DNA of 60,760 nt from a virus (Duplodnaviria > Caudoviricetes): IMG/VR virus record IMGVR_UViG_3300030060_000709, positions 1 to 60,760 of that record; one strand, given 5' to 3'. Below the pieces are notes generated by a model. It ran no database searches. It saw nothing but the letters and a program-made list of their open reading frames with translations, and was not told where the DNA came from. The translations under genes and the position numbers were made by a program. Within the stretch, counting starts at the first letter, position 1; each line of letters opens with the position of its first letter. Below are positions 10,856 through 22,487 of this stretch, piece after piece.

Positions 10856-12813
10856 TCCCACAACAAAACGTAGCTCCTGCACCAGCAACAGTTGGCATAG
10901 GTACTCTTCAAGATCAAATAGACGCTCGTAAAACTATATATGGCGGTAATCCTGATGCTTTAGCAGCTAGACAAGGTGTAACTAAAGCCATAGTAGACGC
11001 TGCTGCTTTAGAAAATGTTGTATCTTCAGCAGAAGCAGGTGCAAGACAAATAAATGCTGCTCAAGAGTTAGCTGATAAAAATATAATTGAACAAAATCTT
11101 GACCAAGCTGTTGCTTTAGTGTCCAGAGAAAAAGCCGCTGCAATGGACAAAGTAATGACAGAACGTGAAAAAGATCGTCGTAAAAATTTACGAGAAGTGG
11201 GCACTCCTACTATTTCTAGTGGTCCTCAAAGTGAAATTTTAGTTGCTAGTGCAGGTGGACTTATGCCCATACCTCGTCCTGCCCTACAGAAAATGTCACA
11301 GGGTGGAATACTAGGTTTTCAAAGAGGTGCTACTGTCCCTGCTGCAACAGAAACAACAGATGAAGAACAAGGTGCTCTTGACAATTTTATTAATTTTGTA
11401 ACAGAAAATTTTAATGAGTTAGGTCTTGCTGGTGTTATAGCTTATGACCAACTTAGAAATAGACGAATAGACCAAAAAGTTGTTAATTTTTTTAAAAATG
11501 CAAAAGTGCCCGGACCAGCAGGTAAAGTTTTCAATTTCGCTAAAGGACTTGCAGATAAAGTATTTAGACGAGAAAGAAGAACTGAGCCAGTTGCAGGAGT
11601 GTCATCGGGGCCAAAAGCAAAAGAAATTACAATTCCGGGGCCAAAAAGTGGTAGAGAACTTGACCCTAGTGCAATAGCTATTGGAACAACAGCAGGAATT
11701 AGTGCTGTGGATACACTTCTTGGCGATGATGCTACTCCAATAACTGAAGAAGAACAAAAAGTAGCTACAGAAGCTGAAGATAAAAGTAAAGGTCAAGGTA
11801 TAGGTCAAGTTGGAACAGGACAAGAGCCAAGTGCTACGGATACAGCAATAGCAGGTATATTATCTCAACCCACTCCCACTAGAGAAGGTATAGATAAAAC
11901 AAAAGTTAGCGGTGCTTTAGAACGCACTGGAGTTTTAGGTAATTTACAAGATGCTTCTAAAAGAGATCCTCAAGCAGCAATGGACTCCCAATTAGAAGAC
12001 TACTACAAAGATGTTGATAGGACAGGTATAGCATCGAGATTAGGTGATAGACTACAAAAAATTGAAGACTTTGATGCAGAGCGTTTTTCACCTGAAGCTA
12101 GAAGAAGAGCAAGGGGTCAAGCCTTTATTGAAGGAGCTATACAAGGAGGCACTGCTAGGACTGGTGTATTAGCGGCTGAAAGATTTGGTAGAGACACACA
12201 AGCCGCAGAACGTGCATCTCTTCTTGAATATTTAGAAAAAGATAAACAAGCAATAGATGTGGATAGGCAGATAGTCAAAGATGGAAGGACTGTAGCTGCT
12301 CAAATATACGGAGATGTTTTAAAAGAAAGGTCTGATGCAAATTCAGCTTTAGCTAACGTATCTGCTAGAGATGCAGAAGCAGCAGATAGAGAATTTAAAA
12401 TGCGTTTAGAAGCTAACAACAACAAACTAGCAAGAGCTTTAGATGCAATAAGAATAAGAAGTCAAGAAAAAATAGGTACTATAAACAATGACATACAAAG
12501 AGATCAGTTAGAGATTGAAGCTATTACAGCTATAGAAGATATTCGTGCCACACAACAGGCGTTACTTGCTACCGATGAGCGATTTGTAGCTGGAAGAGCT
12601 GTAGCTGCTGAACGAGCTGCGGGTAAAAAAGAATTTAATGATGAAGATAAAGTAAATTTATTTTATTACGAAAACGCTAAAAAACTTTTAGATGAATTAA
12701 GTGGCGTATCAGGACTAACAAGATTTATAGGTACAACGGCTAAACAAGAAGTTAAAGATAAAAACGAAGATGTAGAAAGTCCTCTTGAAAAAATTATTGC
12801 AGATGCGACTTAA
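10852..12813 (+). CDS. Putative internal virion / ejection protein
   Basis: 653 aa, helical/coiled-coil, MSQGG motif, coupled to upstream ejection gene. Confidence 0.55.
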   Translation: MIPQQNVAPAPATVGIGTLQDQIDARKTIYGGNPDALAARQGVTKAIVDAAALENVVSSAEAGARQINAAQELADKNIIEQNLDQAVALVSREKAAAMDKVMTEREKDRRKNLREVGTPTISSGPQSEILVASAGGLMPIPRPALQKMSQGGILGFQRGATVPAATETTDEEQGALDNFINFVTENFNELGLAGVIAYDQLRNRRIDQKVVNFFKNAKVPGPAGKVFNFAKGLADKVFRRERRTEPVAGVSSGPKAKEITIPGPKSGRELDPSAIAIGTTAGISAVDTLLGDDATPITEEEQKVATEAEDKSKGQGIGQVGTGQEPSATDTAIAGILSQPTPTREGIDKTKVSGALERTGVLGNLQDASKRDPQAAMDSQLEDYYKDVDRTGIASRLGDRLQKIEDFDAERFSPEARRRARGQAFIEGAIQGGTARTGVLAAERFGRDTQAAERASLLEYLEKDKQAIDVDRQIVKDGRTVAAQIYGDVLKERSDANSALANVSARDAEAADREFKMRLEANNNKLARALDAIRIRSQEKIGTINNDIQRDQLEIEAITAIEDIRATQQALLATDERFVAGRAVAAERAAGKKEFNDEDKVNLFYYENAKKLLDELSGVSGLTRFIGTTAKQEVKDKNEDVESPLEKIIADAT

Positions 12814-12818
12814 AATTT

Positions 12819-15800
12819 ATGGCTACTTTAGCTCAAATAGATCGTGCTATAGAGAAATATTCTGAACGTGGTAATCAAGAATTAGTTGATGAGCTATTTA
12901 AAGAACGAGCTAGAATACAAGATATTATATTAGAAAGACGTTATGGTAAATCTGTTTCTGATGCGGGCATACTTGAAAATATAGGCAAAGGTCTTGGCAC
13001 AGGGTTTACAGGGTTTTTAGAAACTTCTGCAATAGGTGCTGCTACTCTTCTTGAAGAAGAAAACGAACTTGCAGCCCGTAAAAAAATCAAAGACTTCTTC
13101 GATATAGAAGCTCTAAAAGGAGCAGACGAAGAATCCCTACCGTTTCAAATCTCTGCTGGTCTTGGCTCTATAGCAGCCCTAGCTCCTACCGCATTTCTTG
13201 GTGGTTCTGCTCTTCCTACTGCGGGTGTTTTAGCTGCTGGTGCTGGTGCTGGTGAAGCTAGTGAACGTGCTCGTGACTTTGGTGCAACTGAAGGAGAACG
13301 TAGTCTTGCAGCTTTAAAAGGTATTGCTGTAGGAGCCACAGAAGTATTACCACTTGGCAGAATATTCCAAGGTCTTGATAGGTTTGGAGATTTAGGTAAA
13401 AACTTACAGATTCCTGAAATACAAAAAGTGTTAAACAAACTTGGTCCCGAATCTATAGACGGTATAAAAAGTAGAATACAAAGTGCAGCAGGGACAACAG
13501 TGGTAGAGGGCGCACAAGAAGGTGCAGCCGCAATATTACAGAATCTTATCGAACAAGGATACAACCCAGAAAAAGAGCTAGTAGATGCTGGAGTGCTAGA
13601 AGAAGCGTTCATAGGCGGTACTGCGGGTGGTATATTCCAAGGACTTGTTGATTTTCTTGTTAAAGGAAAGGACAGAACACCTGACACAGATACAGACACA
13701 GATACAACTGTTGATACTGATGAAGCGGCAAGGCTCGGTGCTACTGGCATTGACGAAGAGGCAAGGCTCGATGCTACTGCTGTAGTTACAAAAGAAGAAG
13801 CTGCTGACATTGATAAAAAAATTATTGATGAAGTTGCAGGAGAAGAAGGAAAAGTAACTGAAGAAGATCCAACAATAATAACTGAAGAGGAAGATGCTAA
13901 CCTAGAATACCAAGCTATGTTAGAAAGGTATGATAAAGAGGCTGAACTAAAAGCAGAAGAATTAATAAAAGAAATAAATGCAGAAATAGATGCTGCTATT
14001 AATGCGGGTGCTAGTGATGCAGAACTAGCTGCCATAGTGGAAAGTTATGGTGGAAAAGAAAATATTTATCTTAAAGCTGCAATGCTACGTAGTAAAAAAG
14101 AACGAGAGACTACTGATGCTACAGGAAAAGAAGATTTATCGGCTGTTAGCACCAAAGAACTAAAAGCTAGACTTATTGCAGAAAAAAATAACGAAGCAAT
14201 ACAAGTTGAACTAATGCGTAGATCTCAAAAGGAGGCTGATGATGCAAGAGTTGACGAAACAAGAGTTGGAACTGGCGTTTCAGATGATACATCAGGCCAA
14301 ACTGGAAAGGATGTCACTACAGTTACAGAAACTGACGATGCAAGAGTGGTTAGTGATGGAAAAGGTGTTAGAACTACTGATGTACGAAAAACAGAAGAGC
14401 GAGGTGCATTAAACGATCCTCGGTTTGCTAGTTATTTATCTAACCTAAACCCAAAAGGGACTATAAATCAAATAGCAGAACAAAATAGTGAAGGGTTCGA
14501 TATTAAGTCAATGGACGAATTTATTGCTATAAATAATGACACAAAAAAACTTAGATTTAGAGAAGGTAACACACCAGAGTTTATAAAAAACATACTTGGC
14601 CCAAAGGTAGAATCACTTGACGTAGACAAACTACAAAGATTAAAACAACAACAAAAAGCAACACAAAAAGTAGATAAACAAATTGGCACAAAAGAAGAAT
14701 ATGAAGAAAGTGTTAGAAAAAGGTTAGAAAAATATCCTGATGCAGAAACAGTACCGTATGAACAAAGAAGGGCTGAGTATAATAACCAGCTTAAAGTAGA
14801 TCGTTACGTAGAAAAATTTGATAACCCTACCGATGCCATAGCTAATGCAATCTATGAAGTGGCTGATGAACAAGCTCAAACTCAAAAAATTAAAGAAGGA
14901 ACAGAAGAAAAAGGTGAAGAAGATCTTGGGTCGGATATAGACCCATTAGAAAATGTGTACGAAGGGTTAGGAGGAGCAAACGCTGAAGCTCTTATAACTT
15001 GGACACAACAAAACCTCTCTGAACCCGTGCGAAACAGAATAGCAGCTAGATTAGAAGCAACTAGGGATGGTATATCTGCTATAAGACAAAGAGTTGAAGA
15101 GGGACTAGAAGAAGGTTTTGATACAGATGCGTTTCGTAATGCAGAACTTTTAGACAGATACGTAAACGAAAAAATAAATTTTCAAACAGTTGATCTTTCA
15201 AAAACAAGAACAGACACTGGGCCAAATGAATTTTTTGATACAAGAGCAGACGCTCTTTATAGAACAAGACCTTTTATTACTGATACAGAGTTAACAAAGT
15301 TAAAAAAAGACCAAGACAAAACAAGCGTTGTTTCCACAGGTGCAGAAGTTTCTACAATAGAAGACGATGTTGGAGATGACGATGTTGGAGATACAACCGA
15401 TGTTGATCCAAGAATAAATGTAATTCAAGCAGCAGCTAGAAAAGTTCAAACTAAAGAAGATAAAACTAAAAAAGTAACTCCTTTTCAACAAAGAGTAGAT
15501 GATCTTGTAAACGCTAAAATAGAAACTTTATCTAAAAAAGATAAAACTAAACTTTCTGGTATGGGTAAATCTTTAAAAGATACGTTAGACACAACGCTTC
15601 GTTCTATACGGATGCAAGAATTAGAAGATACTAAATCAAAACAAAGAGACCCTGACGAATTTGACAGAAGAATTTCTTTAGAAATAGCTGATAATTATTT
15701 TGCAACGATGAAATCCGACGATTTAATAGATGCAGCGGAATTAGCAAGCCAAACCATTGATATGCTCAAAAATAAATTACCGACAGGGTATGTCAACAAG

Positions 15801-18800
15801 TTAGACGGTATGGTGGACGACTCTGTAGCAACTCTAATTAAAGAGGGTGATTTAAGTGGTGCTCTCCAAGAATTAAGTAACACCTCCACAGACAAAAGAG
15901 TAAAGCAAATTGCTCGTGTTCTTTCTGGGGCTGTAGGAACAAACGCTAAAGTTGAAATTATGGAGTCAGGCGATAACTACGCTAAAGGTAACATAGCTTA
16001 TATAAACCAAAATAAAGAAACAGACGGTGGGTTATATGTACACACGGTGTTGCATGAAGCAGCGCACGTTGCTGTAAATAACATAACAGATAATAAACCC
16101 TCTCACCCCATGACTAGACAATTAAATAGATTGTTTGAACAGGTCAAAGATAATTTAGAAGGTGACTATGGAGTTAACAACCTACAAGAGTTTATATCTG
16201 AGGCATTAAGTAATTCTAGTTTCCAAAGTAGTCTAGCTGCTATATATCCTGATGGTAAACCCATAACTGCTTTAGGGCGTTTCTTTAGAAGTATCACTAA
16301 TTTCTTACGTAAGATAGCAGGTATGGAAACCAAACCATTAGATTCTGCCTTAGATCTTGTCGATAGAGAACTTATAGCATTTTTATCGCCTACCCCGGCT
16401 ACTAGAGATAGTGGGTCTATGAGTGCATACGCATCACGAGATGGTGCAAAGAAACTTGCCAAAGAGATAGGTGACATACAAAAAGGTTTTGCTCGTCCTA
16501 CACCTAAATTTCAAGATGACTTTGGTAGAGAAACCTTAGATATAACAGATAAAATGGCTAACATTGCATCTAAATCAGGCATATTTTCTACTTTTGATAG
16601 TTTAACTATGGGAGATGTAGCGAAGGCAAGAGGTTTTGGTGATTTAGGTACACAACTTCACCAGTTAATACAGTCAGTGCGTGGTAAAAAAGCAGAATCC
16701 GACAGGCTAGTAAAAGAAGAAGTAACTAAAGTTTCAAATTGGGCAAAGAAAAACCCTAAAGAAATGGAAATGTTAAATGACTTAATTTACAGCCGTGAGT
16801 ATGGTGCCACTATATACCAAGTGGACCCAACATTGACTCTTCAACAGGCTAAAGATAGATATATAACAACAAACAAAAAAGGAGAATCTAAATACGAAGT
16901 TGACAAAGAAAGCGGTAAAGAATTGTTTAGTATATGGAACGAACAACAAAAGATATGGAGTAAATTAGAAAAAAGCGGTGGGCACAAAATATACACTGGT
17001 ATGCGAGATATGTACAAACGGCAGTACAAGCAACTTGAAAGAGTTATCAGGGGTCGTTTAGATGAAGTTGTAGGAGAAGATAAAAAAGCTGCTGCCGAGT
17101 TAAAGAAGTCTGTTTACGATAGACTTTTTGATAATAAAACTTTAGATGTGTATTTCCCGTTAGTGCGGTCAGGTAAATACAAGCTGACTTATTCCCAACC
17201 AGTAGAAAAAGGTAAAGAATTAGCTGAACGAGATACATTTGTTGTTTTGATGTTTGAGACCGAAGCAGAAAGAGATGCTCAAGCAATGAAAGCAAGAGCC
17301 GACAAAAAATTAAACATAACGGTTAGTGATGGTGATATAAGTTTTGACAGTTACAGAAACAACCCAGACGGTTCTTTTGTAAACCAAGTGTTAACTACTT
17401 TAGAGAAAGCGCAAGCATCGAATGAAGTTAAACAGGAAATAATGGATCTGTTTGTGAAAGCACTACCTGAGACCTCTTTTGCAAAATCACTAGCACGTAG
17501 AAAAGGTTTTGAAGGGTACGAAAAAGACGCTATATTTGCTATGCGTTCAAAAGCCTATGATCTTGGTGCCCAAGTAGAGCGTCTTAAAGTAACAGGTGAA
17601 ATATATAAGGTAGAGGATGCAATAGTAAAAAAAGGTGAAGAGTTAAATAGGGCTTTAGAAACAGCTAACCAAAAAAGCACCACCAATGCGATTGTTGATG
17701 ACTTGTTAAAACGTGCTAAATTTACTAAATTCGGTGCATCAAACAAAACGCTTGACGGTATCGCTAGGAATCTAAACCAAGGAGCGTTTATCTATACAAT
17801 AGGATTTAACGCTTCCTCTGCGTTAGTTAACGTAAGCCAACTCCCCATGTTTGTATACCCTATGTTGTCTGCCCGTTATGGAGCATCTAAAACTTATCAG
17901 GCAATGCAAGAAGCTACAGGTATAACTTTCTCCAGTAGGAATGCTATAGATGCTTATTTTGATGCAGAACCCGTAATTGAAAAAGACAAAGATGGTAATG
18001 ACGTACCAACAGGAGAAGTAAATTATACTCTTAAAAAAGACCTACCTAAAAATCTTGAAAAAGTTTTTGGTCCTCTTGATGTATTAGTTAAACGAGCGTC
18101 CCAAAGATCTTATCTAACACAATCCTTTTTAGCAGACGCTTTAGGGTTAGATGAGTCTACCCAAACTTGGGAGTTTTTATCTGAGAAATTAGGTTTAGAA
18201 CGAGCTAAAAGAGTGCCTTCATCTGACATAAATCCTTTTACAAAAGCATTAAATTCCATATCTGCCACGTCTGCAATTATGTTCAATGCAGGAGAAAAAT
18301 TTAACCGTCAAACTACTTTGGTAGCATCTTACAATTTAGCGTTAGGAGAGATAACTAAAAACAATCCAAAAGACAAAGATGGCAATCCTAAAAACGTAAC
18401 TGACGCACAAAAAGCAGAAGCCGCAGATCAGGCTATGGATATGACCACACAATACAACGGTGGTGCAGTAATAGAGACAGGTGCGAGAATATCACAAGAT
18501 AGTCTTGGTCGTGTTGCATTTATGTACAAAAATTTTGGTATGCGTATGTATACTACGATGTTCCAAACAGGTAAAAGATTTTTAGATAATGCATACGCTC
18601 CATCACCAAACGAAACAGCGGCTGAGAAAGCGCAACGAATATTAGAGCGAAACATAGCAGCAAAACAGTTAATTGGTATACATGCATCGTCCATATTGTT
18701 AGCAGGAGCACAAGCAGCCCCCCTATACAGTTTGTATCAATTAATTGCGGGTGCATTTAATTTACTTTATGAAGAAGACGAAGAAGGTAAAGCTAGATTA

Positions 18801-19565
18801 GATGATGTCGATACAATGGCACGTCAATACCTAACAGAAGGTTGGTATAAAGGTCCGTTGGTTCAGTTATTAGGTATAGATTTTTCAGAGAGAATTAGAT
18901 TAAATAATTTACTTTTTCAAGAAAACAGGTTTAATTACAATCCTTCTCTTGAAGAGAATCTATTTTATTACTTTGGTGGTCCTGCATTTAGCACAGCTAA
19001 AAGATTTGAAAGAGGGATTGAAAATTTAAGAGCAGGAGAAGTTGAAAGGGGTATAGAAAATTTTATACCTCCCGCAATTACTAACGCCTATAGAAATACA
19101 CTTGGTCGTTACGCTGAAGAGGGGAGCATATTAACAAGAAGAGGAGATCCAATAGCTTCTGATTTAAATGCGGGAGATTTATTTGCAGGTGCTATAGGAT
19201 TCCCCCCGATTGAATATACTCAAGAACAAGACTTTAAAAATACTGAACAGCGTATAAAGAAAGAAGTCAATGCAGAACGAGCAAAAATACTACGAGATCG
19301 CAACATAGCTATAAACAACGGTGACGCGATTGGTATAAGAGAAGCAACTCAAAAAGCCATTGATTTTAACCGTAAGTATAGAGATGTAACTACTAACCGT
19401 ATAACTTTTGAATCTATGAAAAAATCTTTATCTGCCTTTAGAAGATATACTGAAGAGATGAGGGGTACTTCATCTAATATGTCAGGTGGGTACGAACGTT
19501 ATTTCTTAGATAAAAGAGATACGTATGACAACTCTACAATCTTATCTCAGTTGCTAGGGGACTAA
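12819..19565 (+). CDS. Large polyvalent-type virion protein with zincin metallopeptidase motif
   Basis: 2248 aa; TVLHEAAH (HExxH) followed by LQEFISEALSN; last gene of the ejection block. Confidence 0.65.
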   Translation: MATLAQIDRAIEKYSERGNQELVDELFKERARIQDIILERRYGKSVSDAGILENIGKGLGTGFTGFLETSAIGAATLLEEENELAARKKIKDFFDIEALKGADEESLPFQISAGLGSIAALAPTAFLGGSALPTAGVLAAGAGAGEASERARDFGATEGERSLAALKGIAVGATEVLPLGRIFQGLDRFGDLGKNLQIPEIQKVLNKLGPESIDGIKSRIQSAAGTTVVEGAQEGAAAILQNLIEQGYNPEKELVDAGVLEEAFIGGTAGGIFQGLVDFLVKGKDRTPDTDTDTDTTVDTDEAARLGATGIDEEARLDATAVVTKEEAADIDKKIIDEVAGEEGKVTEEDPTIITEEEDANLEYQAMLERYDKEAELKAEELIKEINAEIDAAINAGASDAELAAIVESYGGKENIYLKAAMLRSKKERETTDATGKEDLSAVSTKELKARLIAEKNNEAIQVELMRRSQKEADDARVDETRVGTGVSDDTSGQTGKDVTTVTETDDARVVSDGKGVRTTDVRKTEERGALNDPRFASYLSNLNPKGTINQIAEQNSEGFDIKSMDEFIAINNDTKKLRFREGNTPEFIKNILGPKVESLDVDKLQRLKQQQKATQKVDKQIGTKEEYEESVRKRLEKYPDAETVPYEQRRAEYNNQLKVDRYVEKFDNPTDAIANAIYEVADEQAQTQKIKEGTEEKGEEDLGSDIDPLENVYEGLGGANAEALITWTQQNLSEPVRNRIAARLEATRDGISAIRQRVEEGLEEGFDTDAFRNAELLDRYVNEKINFQTVDLSKTRTDTGPNEFFDTRADALYRTRPFITDTELTKLKKDQDKTSVVSTGAEVSTIEDDVGDDDVGDTTDVDPRINVIQAAARKVQTKEDKTKKVTPFQQRVDDLVNAKIETLSKKDKTKLSGMGKSLKDTLDTTLRSIRMQELEDTKSKQRDPDEFDRRISLEIADNYFATMKSDDLIDAAELASQTIDMLKNKLPTGYVNKLDGMVDDSVATLIKEGDLSGALQELSNTSTDKRVKQIARVLSGAVGTNAKVEIMESGDNYAKGNIAYINQNKETDGGLYVHTVLHEAAHVAVNNITDNKPSHPMTRQLNRLFEQVKDNLEGDYGVNNLQEFISEALSNSSFQSSLAAIYPDGKPITALGRFFRSITNFLRKIAGMETKPLDSALDLVDRELIAFLSPTPATRDSGSMSAYASRDGAKKLAKEIGDIQKGFARPTPKFQDDFGRETLDITDKMANIASKSGIFSTFDSLTMGDVAKARGFGDLGTQLHQLIQSVRGKKAESDRLVKEEVTKVSNWAKKNPKEMEMLNDLIYSREYGATIYQVDPTLTLQQAKDRYITTNKKGESKYEVDKESGKELFSIWNEQQKIWSKLEKSGGHKIYTGMRDMYKRQYKQLERVIRGRLDEVVGEDKKAAAELKKSVYDRLFDNKTLDVYFPLVRSGKYKLTYSQPVEKGKELAERDTFVVLMFETEAERDAQAMKARADKKLNITVSDGDISFDSYRNNPDGSFVNQVLTTLEKAQASNEVKQEIMDLFVKALPETSFAKSLARRKGFEGYEKDAIFAMRSKAYDLGAQVERLKVTGEIYKVEDAIVKKGEELNRALETANQKSTTNAIVDDLLKRAKFTKFGASNKTLDGIARNLNQGAFIYTIGFNASSALVNVSQLPMFVYPMLSARYGASKTYQAMQEATGITFSSRNAIDAYFDAEPVIEKDKDGNDVPTGEVNYTLKKDLPKNLEKVFGPLDVLVKRASQRSYLTQSFLADALGLDESTQTWEFLSEKLGLERAKRVPSSDINPFTKALNSISATSAIMFNAGEKFNRQTTLVASYNLALGEITKNNPKDKDGNPKNVTDAQKAEAADQAMDMTTQYNGGAVIETGARISQDSLGRVAFMYKNFGMRMYTTMFQTGKRFLDNAYAPSPNETAAEKAQRILERNIAAKQLIGIHASSILLAGAQAAPLYSLYQLIAGAFNLLYEEDEEGKARLDDVDTMARQYLTEGWYKGPLVQLLGIDFSERIRLNNLLFQENRFNYNPSLEENLFYYFGGPAFSTAKRFERGIENLRAGEVERGIENFIPPAITNAYRNTLGRYAEEGSILTRRGDPIASDLNAGDLFAGAIGFPPIEYTQEQDFKNTEQRIKKEVNAERAKILRDRNIAINNGDAIGIREATQKAIDFNRKYRDVTTNRITFESMKKSLSAFRRYTEEMRGTSSNMSGGYERYFLDKRDTYDNSTILSQLLGD

Positions 19566-19777
19566 TAAGTTCTCCATATACGAACTCCTAATTTACAGTC
19601 CTCAATTAATATCCTAGTTTCTATACCCCAACTTTTCAATTCAAATATGCGTTTACACTCTGTGATAGTTTTCTTTGTGTTAATGCAAGGTATAAAAACA
19701 GAAGCGTTTATTACCATACTATTCCAGTCAACTATTATTTTTATACCGTCTGGATCTAAATCATCCAACATCAACAT
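19562..19777 (-). CDS. Small hypothetical protein
   Basis: 71 aa ending GVRIWRTY; last gene of the replication operon, converges on the late block. Confidence 0.55.
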   Translation of the reverse strand: MLMLDDLDPDGIKIIVDWNSMVINASVFIPCINTKKTITECKRIFELKSWGIETRILIEDCKLGVRIWRTY

Positions 19778-22487
19778 CTTTTGGCTCTATCAAATTCATA
19801 CCACTACAATTTATAAGTAACACTCTCGACACACCTAAGTCCAAAGATACCCCTTTACTCAGTCGAATAGTCGTGGATTTAGCACCCATCTTCTCTTTTA
19901 GATCCTTAACGAAAGACCCCCAGTTTATTGATTGTTTCAAACAAGAAGCCTTGAGGTGTTTGGGCAGCAGGTATATTAGTTCAGTGTCTGGTTCGTAACG
20001 TCCTACTATTCGTATCTTAGGATCTGTCTCTGGTATAACCAACTCATCACTAGCTCGTAGATCAGCAGTGCTTTTTATCCTTAGTATGTTACCCCAGTTC
20101 TCGTATATGTAAGCAGTTACTACATCCTGTACAGATATTGCCATATCTTCAATGTTCCTTTTGTTCTCTTCTATAAGTTCTAGTGCGAATGCAGCCAATC
20201 GTTTGCTAGAGTAATCTATCAAACCAAGTTTTGTAGCTATCAGAGCACCTGCTAAAGTACATGCCACTTTCCACGACCAGAATCTATTCTCAGGTTTTAA
20301 ATCAGCCTTCTCGTCTATCTTCTTTTGTATCGTCAGCAGTATACGTCTAGTTTCGTCTATGTTGTTGATTACCCACTGTATGTATATTGGCCCTGCATGA
20401 CCGTAAACACTTTTTGCTTTGGTCTGATGTTTATCGGTCAATGCCTTACTCAAAGTATTATCAAATAGTTTAATGGGTCGGCACTCCATCATTCTCTGTG
20501 CCTCTGCTTCTGGTGCATCTTTCACAGTAGATATACATTCTAGTACGCTTTTGTTACCTGACGTAACAGAAATCAAAGCCCACGGTTCACCCCTGCTTCT
20601 TTCTAAGTTCGCGCCTCCTGTCATACGGTTTCTCTGTCTACCACTTGACAGTTGGTAAACAAAGTCAGATAACTCCTTGGGGTCTGCGTTGGTCAGTTCG
20701 TCAACATAGAATGGTAAGTTATGGTATATCTCACCACGTAACATCAAGCTAGAGTCGGTGTCCACTCTATCAAGCACCAGTTCTTCTGGTTTACCCCATG
20801 CCCCCATTGCTACGTGTTTAGCGGTTGTCTTACCAAGACCAGATTCCTGACTGTGTAAATGCAAGCTGCCACAAGCTACAGGAGTGAGAGCCATGAGAGG
20901 AGAGCCAAAGGATGTGGCTACTATATACTGGTGTAACTCGAACCCTTTGCGGTTGTAGAAGTTGGCAGTCTCTGTCCATTCTTCCAAAGTGCCTTTAGGT
21001 TCAAAAGCATAGAACAAATTCTTAGTGGCCTTTGAGGGAGGGTTATCCTCTATCCTATCCCCGAATATCTGCTTGTCGCCTACTATGAACGATTCAAACT
21101 CCTCACCCACCCATCCAAACTGTGTGTGAGCATCTTGTGTTTCTGTAGTAGCCTGTAATTCGTTTATCCATTTAATTGTGTAGTGCATTATGTCATCCAT
21201 CCTCGCTACGGCAACACCGTGTTTAGTCATCCCTTTACGAAATTCTTGTGGTGAAGTAACAACAGTCAAAGGTATTGTAAATTCACGCATTGGATCTTTT
21301 GGTAAATGCAGTCGCATAACCACGCTCTCTCCCTCATCAGGATCTTCTATGCGTTTAGTTACATAAAGATCGTAAGGGTATATCTGTCTCTCTTCTGTCT
21401 CTCCGTCTTTATCTTTAGTTCTTATGTAAACACCACCGTTTGCCCCTCTAAAATAGGGTGGGGGGTATTTAGGTATGTTGGGTGCGTTACCTTCCTTTAT
21501 ACGTATACCCAATGTTATAGGCGAAGACTTCTTACTCCAGTGTGGGCAGTCACCACACACTCCAGTACGGTGCTCGTTTATAGTTTCACATTTATGCACG
21601 TACTTTGTTGTGTCGTATTTATTATCTGTCTCTTCTGGATCGTATGCAGAATATTTACTTGATAATTTGTGTGCTCCATCCCTACCCCCGTCTACACAGT
21701 GTTTGACTATGGAGATTGCATCAAACCATAACGGTTCACTCACATCCTCTGGATTCTGCCATACGTGTTTCATCTGAGCGCATTTCTTGAGCACGTCCTT
21801 AAAATAACTTTCTTTGTTACTTAACAGCCGTTGTGCCAGAACACCAAAGTCCTCCATCTTAGATGGTTCACCTATGGGTTCATCTCCCACCAGAGTAGCG
21901 AAGGCTTCAAAGTCTATCAGCCCTCTGCCTCTCAAACATTTAACTGGAGTTGGTGGATCTGTCTTGTGGTTATGCGTGTTAGGTAAACGAAGCACTCTAG
22001 CCGCATCAGATGTAACAGCGGCATCTGCTTTGAGATCGTGTGTAGCACAAAGTTTTTTTAGTCGCTCTGCTACTGGAGACCAATCTTCATATACAACATG
22101 TTCAGACAATGCCCAATAAGCATGTATACCCCTGCCAGAATTAACGATGATTGGTGCAGGGAATTGACACGTCTTACAAAATCTTTTTAAATCTTTTATA
22201 GCTTCCGATTGATTGGGATAATCTTTACCCTCACCGCAATCTAAATCCAAAAAGAAAGATTTAAGTTTGTGTGTGTTCGTAACCTTACGTGAGTCGCTTT
22301 CTTTAAATGTGCTAAGAGCAAAATAAGAGTCGTAACCTTTCTCGTCTAAATCCTGAGATTCCTGTATAAGTTCTGCGAATGTGGAATGAAACTTCTGTAC
22401 TCTTTTTCTACTTTGCGTGTTGTATGCAAACGTGCAATACAACCCTTCATCTGACACGACCTTTTCTAAAAATTCTTGTGTATCCAT
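19761..22487 (-). CDS. Primase-helicase (N-terminal primase, DUF927, C-terminal P-loop NTPase)
   Basis: FFLDLDCG and SGRGIHAYW primase motifs, RVLRLPNTHNHK, Cys cluster, Walker A SGLGKTT, Walker B FYVDE. Confidence 0.85.
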   Translation of the reverse strand: MDTQEFLEKVVSDEGLYCTFAYNTQSRKRVQKFHSTFAELIQESQDLDEKGYDSYFALSTFKESDSRKVTNTHKLKSFFLDLDCGEGKDYPNQSEAIKDLKRFCKTCQFPAPIIVNSGRGIHAYWALSEHVVYEDWSPVAERLKKLCATHDLKADAAVTSDAARVLRLPNTHNHKTDPPTPVKCLRGRGLIDFEAFATLVGDEPIGEPSKMEDFGVLAQRLLSNKESYFKDVLKKCAQMKHVWQNPEDVSEPLWFDAISIVKHCVDGGRDGAHKLSSKYSAYDPEETDNKYDTTKYVHKCETINEHRTGVCGDCPHWSKKSSPITLGIRIKEGNAPNIPKYPPPYFRGANGGVYIRTKDKDGETEERQIYPYDLYVTKRIEDPDEGESVVMRLHLPKDPMREFTIPLTVVTSPQEFRKGMTKHGVAVARMDDIMHYTIKWINELQATTETQDAHTQFGWVGEEFESFIVGDKQIFGDRIEDNPPSKATKNLFYAFEPKGTLEEWTETANFYNRKGFELHQYIVATSFGSPLMALTPVACGSLHLHSQESGLGKTTAKHVAMGAWGKPEELVLDRVDTDSSLMLRGEIYHNLPFYVDELTNADPKELSDFVYQLSSGRQRNRMTGGANLERSRGEPWALISVTSGNKSVLECISTVKDAPEAEAQRMMECRPIKLFDNTLSKALTDKHQTKAKSVYGHAGPIYIQWVINNIDETRRILLTIQKKIDEKADLKPENRFWSWKVACTLAGALIATKLGLIDYSSKRLAAFALELIEENKRNIEDMAISVQDVVTAYIYENWGNILRIKSTADLRASDELVIPETDPKIRIVGRYEPDTELIYLLPKHLKASCLKQSINWGSFVKDLKEKMGAKSTTIRLSKGVSLDLGVSRVLLINCSGMNLIEPKDVDVG

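Noticed and set aside
13145-14035. 296-aa antisense ORF and other shadow ORFs inside long genes
   Set aside because: Opposite strand of well-supported genes, low-complexity Ser/Ala translation, no RBS.
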